Positions 17,694-27,578 of a stretch of DNA of 45,063 nucleotides are shown in pieces. A model generated the notes under the pieces. It made no database searches. It was not told the origin of the DNA and worked only from the letters and a program-made list of their open reading frames with translations. The position numbers and the translations under genes are program-made. How positions within the stretch are numbered: the stretch's first letter is position 1; each line of letters starts with the position of its first letter. Location: IMG/VR virus record IMGVR_UViG_3300031998_000001, positions 1 to 45,063 of that record; one strand, given 5' to 3'. The stretch is from a virus. Its lineage: Duplodnaviria; Heunggongvirae; Uroviricota; Caudoviricetes.

Positions 17694-19490
17694 ATGGCAA
17701 CTCATATATTCAGCGTTAACGAATACCAGACCGCGCTTGAACTCGGATACAGCGAAACTCTCAACGAGGGTTTGCTCGGCAAGTGGCGGACGAAGAACAA
17801 ACTCGCGAAGATGCTCGCACCGACCATCGCCACTGGCAAGGATGTGTTCGACTCGATAAACGACAATGTGTCCAAACTTGAAGATATTGTCGAGGAGTAC
17901 AACGAGAAAATCAAGGACGATGCCCACCACAGGAGAAGCGTGGGCGAGAAGGTCGAGGACACGCTTACAGTCACATTCGACCGTGCGTTGCTGACAATGC
18001 AGTCGCTTATCGACCTTTCCGACATTAAGGTCGGCTCGTTCACGAAGGATGTCCTTATGTGCAACATAGTGAACTACAAGATTTTCGTAGCCCCAATCCG
18101 TATGGCGCAGATTATGTCGCTCGGCTACCAGTATTATATGGCTATCGTAAGGCAGTCGTTGCAGAGCGCACTGATTATGATAGAACTGTATGCCGACACA
18201 TTCTTCGCTATGGTTCGGGAGGACATAAACGGCGAGCGTGCGAAGTACGAGGAGATATATGCGACAGCAAGGAACAGCACGATTTCGCAGTTGAGGGACA
18301 TTGTTGAGAACATCGGTTCCGACGGTGCGCCAGTGGGAGGCACGAAGTACGATGCCAACACCCGCAAACTCACGACAGACCTGTTAAAGCAGTTCAGGCA
18401 GATGAGTACGGAGTACAACAAGATGCACAACGACACGAGGTACGGAGGCTACAGGCAGAACATATTTCAGGAGGGCGGTCATAACATCGAGTCCCTTCTC
18501 CGCGACAACACGGGCAAGGAACTCCAAGCGATGCAGGAACGCTTCACCCAACTCGGCAGCAAGCCGTCAAAGGACGGGGAGGACAATATGGTCGGCTCTT
18601 ATGCTTCGGCGGTGAAGGCGAACGCGGAAAAGCGTGCATACAGGCTCTGTGCGAAGATGAATATGAATATGATGAGGATAGTCAAGATGTTCTCGCTTCG
18701 CTCGCAGGAGGGTCTCGCTGCGCTTCTCGACAGGCTCAACCAGAATGAACTTAAAGTCGAGAACGCGCTTGAAACGACTATTGACGGTGGCATTGACAAG
18801 ATGAAGGGTGTTAAGGTCTCCCCGTACAAGAATGAACCGATAGTTACCACTGCGGAGGCGCAGAAGAAGGAGCGTGCTTTCTTCAAGGCTGTCGGGATAG
18901 ACCTTCTTGGTGAGAAGGCGGTGAAGAGGCTTCTTGACGCGAAGGGTTCGTTGAGTTATGTGAAGTTCCTTACGGAAGAGAAGTTTACATACAGGCAGGC
19001 TGTCAGCATAATCGAGGAAAAATCGACCACTGTCGGGGACTATGAAGAAGTTACCGATGATAACACAGGGGACAAGTATTGGAGACCAGTCGGCTACAGG
19101 GGCAGGTTCGCGAGGAAGAAGTTTGAAGCCAGCGATGACTATTCTGACATTGCCACCGAGAAGTACGGGCTGAAGTACAACAAGGAAACTGGCGAGTTCG
19201 ACAGCACGGGTGATGTGCATATAGGCAAGGACTTGGTTTCCAACGGCACATTCGCAGTCCAGTTCGGGCGCATAAAGGGCAACTTCAACTGCTCTTCGCT
19301 TGGGCTTATCTCGATGAAGAACTGCCCGAAGCGCGTTGACGGCAACCTCAACTGTACGGACAACGGCAAACTTGAATACGATGAAAAGCATTTCTACGGC
19401 TATCTTCCGAGCGAGATGAAGGGTAAGATTATAGCGGACGAGGAATGTGACACCGACTTTGCAAAGCATTATTATAAAAAGATTAAATAG
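17694..19490 (+). CDS. Large helical protein with leader (..SVNEY..TLNEG) and C-terminal short LRR-like module
   Basis: The C-terminal ~115 aa align by eye with the caps of 42879..44240. Confidence 0.85.
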   Translation: MATHIFSVNEYQTALELGYSETLNEGLLGKWRTKNKLAKMLAPTIATGKDVFDSINDNVSKLEDIVEEYNEKIKDDAHHRRSVGEKVEDTLTVTFDRALLTMQSLIDLSDIKVGSFTKDVLMCNIVNYKIFVAPIRMAQIMSLGYQYYMAIVRQSLQSALIMIELYADTFFAMVREDINGERAKYEEIYATARNSTISQLRDIVENIGSDGAPVGGTKYDANTRKLTTDLLKQFRQMSTEYNKMHNDTRYGGYRQNIFQEGGHNIESLLRDNTGKELQAMQERFTQLGSKPSKDGEDNMVGSYASAVKANAEKRAYRLCAKMNMNMMRIVKMFSLRSQEGLAALLDRLNQNELKVENALETTIDGGIDKMKGVKVSPYKNEPIVTTAEAQKKERAFFKAVGIDLLGEKAVKRLLDAKGSLSYVKFLTEEKFTYRQAVSIIEEKSTTVGDYEEVTDDNTGDKYWRPVGYRGRFARKKFEASDDYSDIATEKYGLKYNKETGEFDSTGDVHIGKDLVSNGTFAVQFGRIKGNFNCSSLGLISMKNCPKRVDGNLNCTDNGKLEYDEKHFYGYLPSEMKGKIIADEECDTDFAKHYYKKIK

Positions 19491-19491
19491 T

Positions 19492-19914
19492 ATGATTGGA
19501 AATATGAGTGAAATCGGCACTAACCAAGATGTGAAGTTGAGCAATGCGGAACTTCTTGACAGGCTTTTCAAGATGGACTGCGGTACATTCACAAAGTTTA
19601 TGCGTAACATTGACGCAATCGGAAGCGAGGACTTCGTGGACTTTTTCAGTATGGAAACTCTCAACGCCACCATAGTAAAGGCTGTCGCCGACGGATATAC
19701 GGTTTCGTTGAAGGGGCTTAACAGCAAGTCCAGCAAGTACATATATGTCAGGTATATCAATTCGCCATACGGCAAGACCTGCGAGATACAGGCTTACGGG
19801 GACACGAAGTACAGGGAGATGCCGTTCAACTTCGACTGCATCCTGCGCGACCACGCAGCAGACCTCGCTATGATGGGGACGGGATTGCCTGTCGCTATGG
19901 GCGTGCGCAGATAA
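19492..19914 (+). CDS. Hypothetical protein
   Basis: ATG one nt after the previous stop. Confidence 0.7.
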   Translation: MIGNMSEIGTNQDVKLSNAELLDRLFKMDCGTFTKFMRNIDAIGSEDFVDFFSMETLNATIVKAVADGYTVSLKGLNSKSSKYIYVRYINSPYGKTCEIQAYGDTKYREMPFNFDCILRDHAADLAMMGTGLPVAMGVRR

Positions 19915-19930
19915 CATAAGGAGGAACTGT

Positions 19931-20398
19931 ATGTCTGGGTATCACATATTGAGGTTCGAGGAAATCTTCGAGGAGAAAGTAACCACCAGAAAGGGGATAG
20001 TTGACTATCTCGAAGACGGGTATGTGAAGTTCGTGTACTTCAAGGCTGGCGGCGAGAGGCGTACCGCGTTCGGAACGCTCAAGGGCGGTTTCATAGACAG
20101 GAACTTCGAGTATTCCGACGCACCGAAGGACGACAAGTCCCGCAACTCCCAGAAGGCTACGGACGAGATGGGGTACATAAAGTATTATGACCTTGAAAGG
20201 CACGGCTTCCGAATGTTCAAGATAGACAACAATGTTTATTTCAAGGAGTTCTACAGGACGCTTGCAGACCTCATCGAAGCATATCCGAAGTTCAGGAAGG
20301 AGTTTTCGGACTACAAGCGTGCGAAGGACGAACTTGACACCAAGCCGAAAGGCAGGATGAAGAAAAAGAATAAGGGCGAGGAGGCAACGGAGGAATAG
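19931..20398 (+). CDS. DUF2693-like (WYL/SH3 beta-barrel) protein
   Basis: VKFVYFKAGGERRTAFGTL...YYDLERHGFRMFK. Confidence 0.7.
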   Translation: MSGYHILRFEEIFEEKVTTRKGIVDYLEDGYVKFVYFKAGGERRTAFGTLKGGFIDRNFEYSDAPKDDKSRNSQKATDEMGYIKYYDLERHGFRMFKIDNNVYFKEFYRTLADLIEAYPKFRKEFSDYKRAKDELDTKPKGRMKKKNKGEEATEE

Positions 20399-20399
20399 T

Positions 20400-21311
20400 A
20401 TGGCTGCCAGCAGGTACAACCAGAGTTACAACTATGACGGGAGCGTGGTGCGGTATGTGATTGTCGCACTGCTCGCCGAGTTGAGAAACCGTGTCTATAT
20501 CTACCAGAGGGATGTGGACGAGAACGACACGCCCGTTCTCACGAAGGTCGATGTGCCTTTTATGTACAGTGTGACGGGGAGCGAGCGTTTTCTTAAAGAT
20601 GAGTTCCAGTATGACGCGGAGACCAACGGCAAGGCTATCGGGGACTACGAGAGAGTTCCGCGTGGCGTGCTTCAACTCGAAAGCATAGGCATTGACGCGC
20701 AGAGCCAGATGAACAAGTTTGTCCAGACGAAACTCACCCACGAGGTAAGGGGCGAACTCCGCACATTCTATATGAGGTGCTGTTTCCTCCCTCTGAACCT
20801 TTCGTTCAGTTGCAACTTCGTATGCAGCAACCAACTTGAAATGCTCAAACTTACGGAGAGCGTTATGAGCAAACTTTACTCGGCAAACATCTTCTATGTC
20901 GATTTGGGGGTTATGACGATACAGAGCAGTTACACACTGCCTACCGACTTCCAGCAACAGAGGACGACCGAGTTCGGTCTGAACGAGAAGAAGGAATATA
21001 CCGTGTCCTGCAACATAGAGGTCAAGTCCTTTATGCCAGTGTTCGAGCACGGCGTGTTGCTTGACGAGATTGCCGATATGGTCAAGGACTTGGATATGAA
21101 CGACGGCGTTGTTATGCTTTCGGAGGACGAGTTCGGAAGGCTGAAACTTATGAGTGGCGGGACGATAGAGAGTTTCGAGGCTGGCGTGCATTTTGACGAA
21201 ATGCCGAAGAGCGTTATGTGGAGCAATGATGCGAGCGAGGAGAAGGATTATGTCATCCACCAGCCGGGCAACGAGGAGTTGCAGAACAGGAAGTTCAGGC
21301 GGACTAACTGA
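20400..21311 (+). CDS. Tail terminator / sheath stabilizer (T4 gp15-like)
   Basis: VVRYVIVALL, VPFMYS..ERFL, VPRGVLQLESI, PLNLSF pattern. Confidence 0.65.
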   Translation: MAASRYNQSYNYDGSVVRYVIVALLAELRNRVYIYQRDVDENDTPVLTKVDVPFMYSVTGSERFLKDEFQYDAETNGKAIGDYERVPRGVLQLESIGIDAQSQMNKFVQTKLTHEVRGELRTFYMRCCFLPLNLSFSCNFVCSNQLEMLKLTESVMSKLYSANIFYVDLGVMTIQSSYTLPTDFQQQRTTEFGLNEKKEYTVSCNIEVKSFMPVFEHGVLLDEIADMVKDLDMNDGVVMLSEDEFGRLKLMSGGTIESFEAGVHFDEMPKSVMWSNDASEEKDYVIHQPGNEELQNRKFRRTN

Positions 21312-21321
21312 AAGGCGTTGA

Positions 21322-21329
21322 TATAAATA
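21322..21329 (+). promoter_or_regulatory. Late promoter TATAAATA
   Basis: Exact consensus only 5 nt before ATG 21335. Confidence 0.7.
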
Positions 21330-21334
21330 ATGAT

Positions 21335-23122
21335 ATGGCACAGGGCATTGACATAATAGAGGCTTATTCCGACTTGTTCGGCAACGGCTACCAGAACGGA
21401 TGGAAGGTTTCTGGTACTGCGCTCCCCAACTACCTGTGGGCTGAACACGGTGTCAAGAGGGAGAAGGTTACTGGCGAGGACGGCAAGGAGAGGGAGACAA
21501 AGACAATATATGATATTGATTCGAGCGAGATATACGCTCCGTTTTCCCTTTTCTCCAACCACAAATTGTTTTCGTTCGTCGGGCTTGGCAATCCTATGTA
21601 CGGTCACAAGGAGGACTTGCAGGGACGCTTCGACGACAGGTACGAGGCGAGGTACACCGCGCAGGCTCACTGGCAGGACGCAGAGCCGACCTACCCGAAC
21701 ATCATAAAGGCGTACGAGAACATAGATGCTGCCCGCTACAAGATACAGGACTTCATCTACAACAAGTATTACGGCTCTATACCGCCCAACTACCTGATTA
21801 CGCTTCGCCGTTATGCCAACCCGTGTGACGACATTCCGTTCACTCTCGCTTGGGACGAGGCTACGCATCAGGGTATGTGGACTACGAGCGTTATGCTTCC
21901 CGTTGCGACCGCAACTACATATATGAGCGAACTTGCTGGCAACAAGATGGACGAGATGCTGAAGATGGGCTGGAATATGAAGTTTTCCGACACGGAGAGC
22001 GAAGTTCAGGTAATAAAGTCCAACACTCCGGGTGCTACGGCGTTTGGTCACGGGCAGAAATTCAACGACAAGAGTGCGAAGTCCAACTTCACGAACGGCT
22101 TTAACGCAACTATGTCAAATTTGTTCACTGGGAACAACTATACCTATGCGTATCAGACAGTTGCGGCGGAATATGCCAATATGGACCCAATGGAAAAATA
22201 CTCGAAATATACGGTCGGCCCCCTCGATGTGATAAAGAGCACGAAGAAGCGCGATATGGGCTTGGAGTTCTCGCACGAGTTCGCATTGAAGTTCGCATAC
22301 GAGTTGAAGTCCTTGCAGTATGTCAACCCGAAGATGGCTATGCTCGACATAATCGCCAATATGGTTTCTATGGGAACTAACACTGGTACTTGGTGGGGCG
22401 GTGCTATAAGATATTACGGTAACGGCGGTGGCTACGGAAGGCAGATAGGCGACCCGACATTGTTTATGAAGGGCGACTATGCTGGCTACTTCAAGTCCGT
22501 CGCCTCGAATGTCAATGAGTCGATAAAGTCGCTCAACGGAGGGGCGGAGGTCAAGTCGTTCGCCGATGTAATCGAAATGGCAAAGAATTTCATCAAGGGT
22601 ATGGCTGGAAACTTTCTCGGTTCTCTTATCAACGGAAAACTCGGTCAGGTGGCGGCTCAACAGCCAGCGCACGCCCTCTTGGACGGTGCGCCTACTGGCT
22701 ACTGGCACGTCACATTCGGCAACCCCCTCAACCCTATCGCTATGATGGGCAATATGATATGCAAGAAGGTCGATATGAACTTGGGTGGCGGTCTCGGCTG
22801 GGACGACTTCCCCGTCGAGTGTTCGTTCACTTGCAGTATGGAACACGGCAAGCCCCGTGACGCTGGCGACATAGAGTCTATGTTCAATGCGGGAAGGGGC
22901 AGGATATATCTTCCGCCTTATCTCGGAGAGGTCGAGGGTATGAGCGAGGCGGACGCTAACAAGGCACAGCAGGCACTTGCCGTTGACGAGCAGATTAAGA
23001 ACCAGAAGAACCCGATGACAATCGGTCTGCCGAAGGGCAAGGGCGGGACGAAGTATTCCACCGCAAGCGGTTACAAGGTTCTTGATAAGGCTATCGACAA
23101 TGTTGTAAGGCTTACAAGGTAG
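21335..23122 (+). CDS. Putative virion structural (tail/baseplate) protein
   Basis: Late promoter; structural gene context; conserved-looking WHVTFGNPLNPIAMMGN..DDFP..PRD..IESMFN. Confidence 0.5.
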   Translation: MAQGIDIIEAYSDLFGNGYQNGWKVSGTALPNYLWAEHGVKREKVTGEDGKERETKTIYDIDSSEIYAPFSLFSNHKLFSFVGLGNPMYGHKEDLQGRFDDRYEARYTAQAHWQDAEPTYPNIIKAYENIDAARYKIQDFIYNKYYGSIPPNYLITLRRYANPCDDIPFTLAWDEATHQGMWTTSVMLPVATATTYMSELAGNKMDEMLKMGWNMKFSDTESEVQVIKSNTPGATAFGHGQKFNDKSAKSNFTNGFNATMSNLFTGNNYTYAYQTVAAEYANMDPMEKYSKYTVGPLDVIKSTKKRDMGLEFSHEFALKFAYELKSLQYVNPKMAMLDIIANMVSMGTNTGTWWGGAIRYYGNGGGYGRQIGDPTLFMKGDYAGYFKSVASNVNESIKSLNGGAEVKSFADVIEMAKNFIKGMAGNFLGSLINGKLGQVAAQQPAHALLDGAPTGYWHVTFGNPLNPIAMMGNMICKKVDMNLGGGLGWDDFPVECSFTCSMEHGKPRDAGDIESMFNAGRGRIYLPPYLGEVEGMSEADANKAQQALAVDEQIKNQKNPMTIGLPKGKGGTKYSTASGYKVLDKAIDNVVRLTR

Positions 23123-23154
23123 TGCTTCGGAGAGCCGACGAAATTTCTTTCATT

Positions 23155-23162
23155 TATAAATA
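23155..23162 (+). promoter_or_regulatory. Late promoter TATAAATA
   Basis: Exact consensus upstream of 23187. Confidence 0.75.
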
Positions 23163-23186
23163 ATATAGAATATATGTTATTGGAAA

Positions 23187-23582
23187 ATGTTAGAAGTTAT
23201 CATAACCGCCGTCATCACGCTCGTAGGAACACTCGTTCCCGGCGGTATCATCTTTCACAGGCAGAACAAGCGTATAAAGGAAGCCGAAGCGAAGAAGCAG
23301 GAGATTGAGAACTCCGAACTCGTGATACACCAGTGGAGAGAAAGGGTGGATGACTTGAAGCAGGCGAAGGAAATGGTTGACAACAACTACAACAGGCTAA
23401 TCGGCGAGCACGAGAAATTGCAGGAGAAATACGAGAGCAAGCAGAAGGAGAACCAGAAACTCGAACTTATGAACCAAGAGTTATGCTGGTGGAAGTGCAT
23501 AGTTCGGGGATGCCCGAACAGGAAACCCCCGCGCGACATTGACGAGTTGGAGGCGAAGGAGGCTGACGAGCATAACGACTAA
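23187..23582 (+). CDS. Single-TM coiled-coil protein (possibly lysis-related)
   Basis: Hydrophobic N-terminus, coiled coil, C-terminal KCIVRGCPNRKPP. Confidence 0.6.
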   Translation: MLEVIITAVITLVGTLVPGGIIFHRQNKRIKEAEAKKQEIENSELVIHQWRERVDDLKQAKEMVDNNYNRLIGEHEKLQEKYESKQKENQKLELMNQELCWWKCIVRGCPNRKPPRDIDELEAKEADEHND

Positions 23583-23610
23583 CATACTTTGACGAAATAC
23601 TTTTTGAACG

Positions 23611-25422
23611 ATGATAACATTTCAGGAGACATTGGAACAGCACGGCATCGAGTTCGTTGACGCTTTGATGAACAACTATGTTGTCGTGTACGAGAAGAAG
23701 GACTGTAGCGTGTTGAGTTTTATGCGCTACGGAGAGGAACTGAAGTTCTTCAAGGGCAACGACAAGGAGGAGATAACCCCGCTCAACTATGCCCTGCACA
23801 ACTATTTCGAGGAAGGCATAAACTACATAAGGAGGGCGAGCAGCATATTTTTCCGCGAGTTCCCAGACGGGTGGCTCTTCAAGTTGAACTACAAGCCGAC
23901 AACGGATTCGGATGTTACGGGTGTCAACCCAGACAGCACGGACGATATGCTTGAACTTTCCGCAATCGTAAGCGACAGCGGTAATGTTATGAAGGAGGAG
24001 AGTGCGCTTTCGGGCTGGGCTGAAAGGCTCGGTGTCGGATATGTGAAGCCCGTGTTCAGCGGTTTCCTCAACGAGTTCCAGAAGAGCAGGCTGTACGCAT
24101 ACATAAAAGAACCCGTGTTGAGCGGTGATGTTACATTCAGTTCATACATAATGAACATACTCAACCCGAATGTGCAGTCTGACAGCGCGGACGGCTACTA
24201 CTTCAACTTCTACAAGAACGGAAGCAAGAAGGCTACGGCACTGAAACTCATAGACCCGATGGTGGCGGCTTTCGCTCGCAAGGCGAAGGACAGCAACATA
24301 AAGTCGAGTAACACCTCCGAACTCGTGCTTCTCAACTTCACCTGCTGGCTGAAGAATGTTGACCTTTCCAAGTACAAGGTGGAGGGTAACACGGACGATG
24401 AGAGATACCTCGACCTGATATGCAAGTTGTTCAACGACTACATAGAAGCCGAAAGCACTATATATAGCACATATATTAAGGAAAGTTACAGCGCGATAAA
24501 CCTCGACAGGATAAAGAACGAAAAGACGAGGGAACTGTTGAGCAAGCACTCGCAGTACCAAGAGCCTTTCCAGATTATCGCTGGAAGTTTCAAGTCCCCG
24601 AAGGACACGAACTATGTGAACCCGACATCGCTTATGAACAGCGACATCGTTGACTCGTTCAACGGCGAGGTCGAGCGCATTATGAAGAAGGTTTCGGTTG
24701 AAGGCATAACGCCCAATGGACTTGACGGGGGGAAGAAGCCGAGCGAAGTCCATAAGCCGAAGGAGGAGGAGAAGTTCCTTACATTCATTGATTTCATCAC
24801 ACAGGACAAGGACAGCGACTATGTGAAGTCGATGGAGCAGGCAAAGGAAAAGGACGAAGCCCCGAAGCACGAAATCCCGAAGTACGAGCCGAAGCCAGAC
24901 GAAAAGAAGGATGAAGCGAAACCCGAAGCGAAGAAGGCTGACGACAAGAAGTCTGGCAAGGATGAGAAGCCCGAAGAAAAGAAGAAGTCCGACAAGGAGG
25001 AAAAGTCCGACAAGGACGAAAAGTCCAGCAAGGACGATAAGAAGTCAGACGAGAAAGCCAATGAGAAGTCTGACAAGGAAGCCGACAAGGAAGATAAGGA
25101 CGGGAAGAAGGACGACAAGAAAGCCAATGAGAAGTCCGACAAGGACGAAAAGCCAGAGGACAAGGATGAAGAAAAGAAGTCCGACGAGAAAGCCGATGAG
25201 GAAGATAATACCGACGAAAAGGACAATGGGGAGGAAAAGACCGACGAGGGAAGCGAAGCCGACAACTCCGATGACGGAGGGGATAGCGACAGTGCGTCCG
25301 ACAATGGCGGAAGCGATGAAGGTGCTTCGGACGGCGGTGAGGAAACCCCGAAGAACGATAAGAAGAACGGCAAGAAGAAAGATGAGAAGGACGATGACGG
25401 CGGTTCAAGTTTCTCGCTGTAA
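23611..25422 (+). CDS. Degenerate RNA-ligase-like nucleotidyltransferase fold with long charged low-complexity tail
   Basis: VVVYEKKDCS (KxDG-like), WAERLGVGYVKPVFSG, ADGYYF, ALKLID; D/E/K-rich C-terminal ~200 aa. Confidence 0.5.
   Translation: MITFQETLEQHGIEFVDALMNNYVVVYEKKDCSVLSFMRYGEELKFFKGNDKEEITPLNYALHNYFEEGINYIRRASSIFFREFPDGWLFKLNYKPTTDSDVTGVNPDSTDDMLELSAIVSDSGNVMKEESALSGWAERLGVGYVKPVFSGFLNEFQKSRLYAYIKEPVLSGDVTFSSYIMNILNPNVQSDSADGYYFNFYKNGSKKATALKLIDPMVAAFARKAKDSNIKSSNTSELVLLNFTCWLKNVDLSKYKVEGNTDDERYLDLICKLFNDYIEAESTIYSTYIKESYSAINLDRIKNEKTRELLSKHSQYQEPFQIIAGSFKSPKDTNYVNPTSLMNSDIVDSFNGEVERIMKKVSVEGITPNGLDGGKKPSEVHKPKEEEKFLTFIDFITQDKDSDYVKSMEQAKEKDEAPKHEIPKYEPKPDEKKDEAKPEAKKADDKKSGKDEKPEEKKKSDKEEKSDKDEKSSKDDKKSDEKANEKSDKEADKEDKDGKKDDKKANEKSDKDEKPEDKDEEKKSDEKADEEDNTDEKDNGEEKTDEGSEADNSDDGGDSDSASDNGGSDEGASDGGEETPKNDKKNGKKKDEKDDDGGSSFSL
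24880..25400 (+). repeat. Coding low-complexity repeats (KSDKDEK, KANEKSDK)
   Basis: aagtccgacaagga and gaaagccaatgagaagtc recur. Confidence 0.8.
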
Positions 25423-25447
25423 TCGCATATAATATAAATTTGAAATT

Positions 25448-25987
25448 ATGGTACACATAAAGAGAATAGATGAAATGTGTAATAATAAAAACAACCTTTC
25501 TGACGAGGAAGTATTTTTAAGCGGAATAGGATACAAAAGTTTTGAAGATGTACAGCGTGCCTATAAGACAGACTGGTATGATAGAAGCACATACGGTGGA
25601 GGGAAACAGACTTTCATTCCAAACATCATTCCGATGAAAACCATCGCATCGGCTGTCGGCAGGTATATGAAATCCAACCAAAATGTAACGGTTCGTCCCA
25701 ATATGGTGTGTACCTGTATTTTGGGTTGTAATGGTAAGCCGTTTTTTACTTTTATGGTTAAACAAAATGGAAAAGAAGTTGCAATTCATTTCGATGATGG
25801 TGAGATAACCCATTACGGAGAAGATATGACGACACCTGCAATTACGGTACATTATGACGGTGGAATGGAAACAATTTGGGGTGCGGACAGATACAGAAGA
25901 AATTTCGGGGACACCGATTGGCACGAAAGCGAAATGGCGGGTATGAGCGATAAATTGCTACGAGTATTGAATAATATATTAAAATAG
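25448..25987 (+). CDS. AT-rich hypothetical protein with leader MVHIKRIDEM
   Basis: Leader shared with neighbours; body visibly more AT-rich; TATAAATT at 25433-25440. Confidence 0.8.
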   Translation: MVHIKRIDEMCNNKNNLSDEEVFLSGIGYKSFEDVQRAYKTDWYDRSTYGGGKQTFIPNIIPMKTIASAVGRYMKSNQNVTVRPNMVCTCILGCNGKPFFTFMVKQNGKEVAIHFDDGEITHYGEDMTTPAITVHYDGGMETIWGADRYRRNFGDTDWHESEMAGMSDKLLRVLNNILK

Positions 25988-26021
25988 CAACAACGGATAA
26001 TTCTGATATATTTGTAATAAA

Positions 26022-26528
26022 ATGGTATATATAAAGAGAATAGACGAGATGTTCGGTGTCGGTGCGGAAGGCAGGAAGGCACTCGAAGACCTGTATCTCG
26101 GAAAGAAGATAAGGATAACCTACCTCAATGGCGAGGACAGCAGGTATGTCGGTCGCGAGGGCATTGTGAAGTCCGTTGACGACATAGGTCAGTTGCACGG
26201 CACTTGGGGCGGTCTTGCGATTATTCCAGACGAGGACGCATTCGAGGTTGTCGGTATGAACGAGAGTTCGGAATACACTGTTGACGATTTTAGGAGAGAG
26301 ATAGATACGACTGGTGCGCCAGAAGAACTCGTTCAATATGTGATTGACAATGTTCCCGACTTTGACCACAGGTACGAGGAGGCTATGTATAAGATAGGTC
26401 GCACCCGCAGACCGTTCCGTGATGTTGACAGCAGCCTGTACGACGACATTTGTGACGCGGTGGAGGACTGGTGCGACGAGAACGGAAGTGATGCCGACGA
26501 CTATAATGTCGAGGAGATATTCGGATAA
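26022..26528 (+). CDS. Leader MVYIKRIDEM + DUF4314-like domain + MNES + acidic helical domain
   Basis: GREGIVKSVDDIGQLHGTWGGLAIIPDED matches the DUF4314 pattern. Confidence 0.8.
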   Translation: MVYIKRIDEMFGVGAEGRKALEDLYLGKKIRITYLNGEDSRYVGREGIVKSVDDIGQLHGTWGGLAIIPDEDAFEVVGMNESSEYTVDDFRREIDTTGAPEELVQYVIDNVPDFDHRYEEAMYKIGRTRRPFRDVDSSLYDDICDAVEDWCDENGSDADDYNVEEIFG

Positions 26529-26545
26529 TATTATTCTTGATAACT

Positions 26546-26959
26546 ATGTATATAAAGAGATTGGACGAAATGATGGGTGTTCCCGCGCAGTATGACGCGC
26601 AGGTCGCTGGCAATTTGTTCGGTGCGCTTATGGAAAGCGTGACGAAGACTTGGGAGTTCCACCTGCTTACCGAGAGTTATGCGGAGCACGATGCTCTCAA
26701 CACATACTACCACGACATAATCGGGCATACGGACGACCTGATTGAGCATTATATCGCTTCACACGGCAAGGAGGGGCTTGCCTTCGGGAATGTGCAACTT
26801 GACACGACAAGCGCGGTTTCATATCTCGAAAGCCTCAAATGTGTCGTGTGCCAGTATCGGGACGGGCTGTTTGCCGATGACAGCGTTGCAGTGAGCGATA
26901 TTGACGACATTCTCGGTCTTATCGAGAGTACGCTCTACAAGTTGACGAACTTGTCATAA
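26546..26959 (+). CDS. Leader MYIKRLDEM + ferritin/Dps-like four-helix (DUF5856-like) protein
   Basis: FHLLTESYAEHDALNTYY..DDLIEHY...DDI..LIESTLYKL. Confidence 0.7.
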   Translation: MYIKRLDEMMGVPAQYDAQVAGNLFGALMESVTKTWEFHLLTESYAEHDALNTYYHDIIGHTDDLIEHYIASHGKEGLAFGNVQLDTTSAVSYLESLKCVVCQYRDGLFADDSVAVSDIDDILGLIESTLYKLTNLS

Positions 26960-26973
26960 TATAACTCTGGCTG

Positions 26974-27507
26974 ATGAACAACGGGACACTGACACGGAAA
27001 CCATTGCTTGATGACGGGTTCAAGGACATCACCGCACCGACAATCAAGTACAACGACCTGCTCGGCATAGAGGCGGGCGTGCATATTGTCGCCAGCGATG
27101 AGGTCGCACGGCTCGACAGGATTGCGTGGAGATACTACGGCTCGATTGAGAAACTTGACGCTCTGCTCTGGGTGAACGACATATACAACCCGTTCGCGAT
27201 AGACGAGAAGGACATACTCTACATACCGACCATAAAGGACACGAGTTCCTTCTACAAGTCGCCAGACAAGGTGGTGTTCCCAGATTCGCAGGAGGCGGGC
27301 ACGAACAGCCTCATCGACAGCGCAGCGAAGAAACTCAATGCTGGTATGAAACTCACAAGGCAGGAGAGTATGTCTATGAGCGCAAGCGAGTTCGGCGGGC
27401 GCACGACCGACATACGCAAGCCCAACGAACTCCGCGAGGGCGAGGCTACGAAGAGAGTGGACGGAGGAAGCCTGCGTCTTGGTGTGAATATCGGGACACA
27501 GAGATAG
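26974..27507 (+). CDS. Baseplate wedge protein with LysM-like domain (T4 gp53-like)
   Basis: VARLDRIAWRYYGS...LLWVNDIYNPFAIDEKDILYIP. Confidence 0.75.
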   Translation: MNNGTLTRKPLLDDGFKDITAPTIKYNDLLGIEAGVHIVASDEVARLDRIAWRYYGSIEKLDALLWVNDIYNPFAIDEKDILYIPTIKDTSSFYKSPDKVVFPDSQEAGTNSLIDSAAKKLNAGMKLTRQESMSMSASEFGGRTTDIRKPNELREGEATKRVDGGSLRLGVNIGTQR

Positions 27508-27540
27508 CAGTCGGGCGCGAAGCCCGATATGAATGACATA

Positions 27541-27578
27541 CGGCACTCGGTTTTTTTTTCCGAGTGCTGTTTTTTTTT
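27541..27578 (+). terminator. Intrinsic terminator
   Basis: CGGCACTCGG/CCGAGTGCTG stem followed by T9. Confidence 0.8.

Noticed and set aside
24797-25456. Arg/Ser-rich overlapping ORFs in other frames
   Set aside because: By-products of the low-complexity D/E/K coding repeat.
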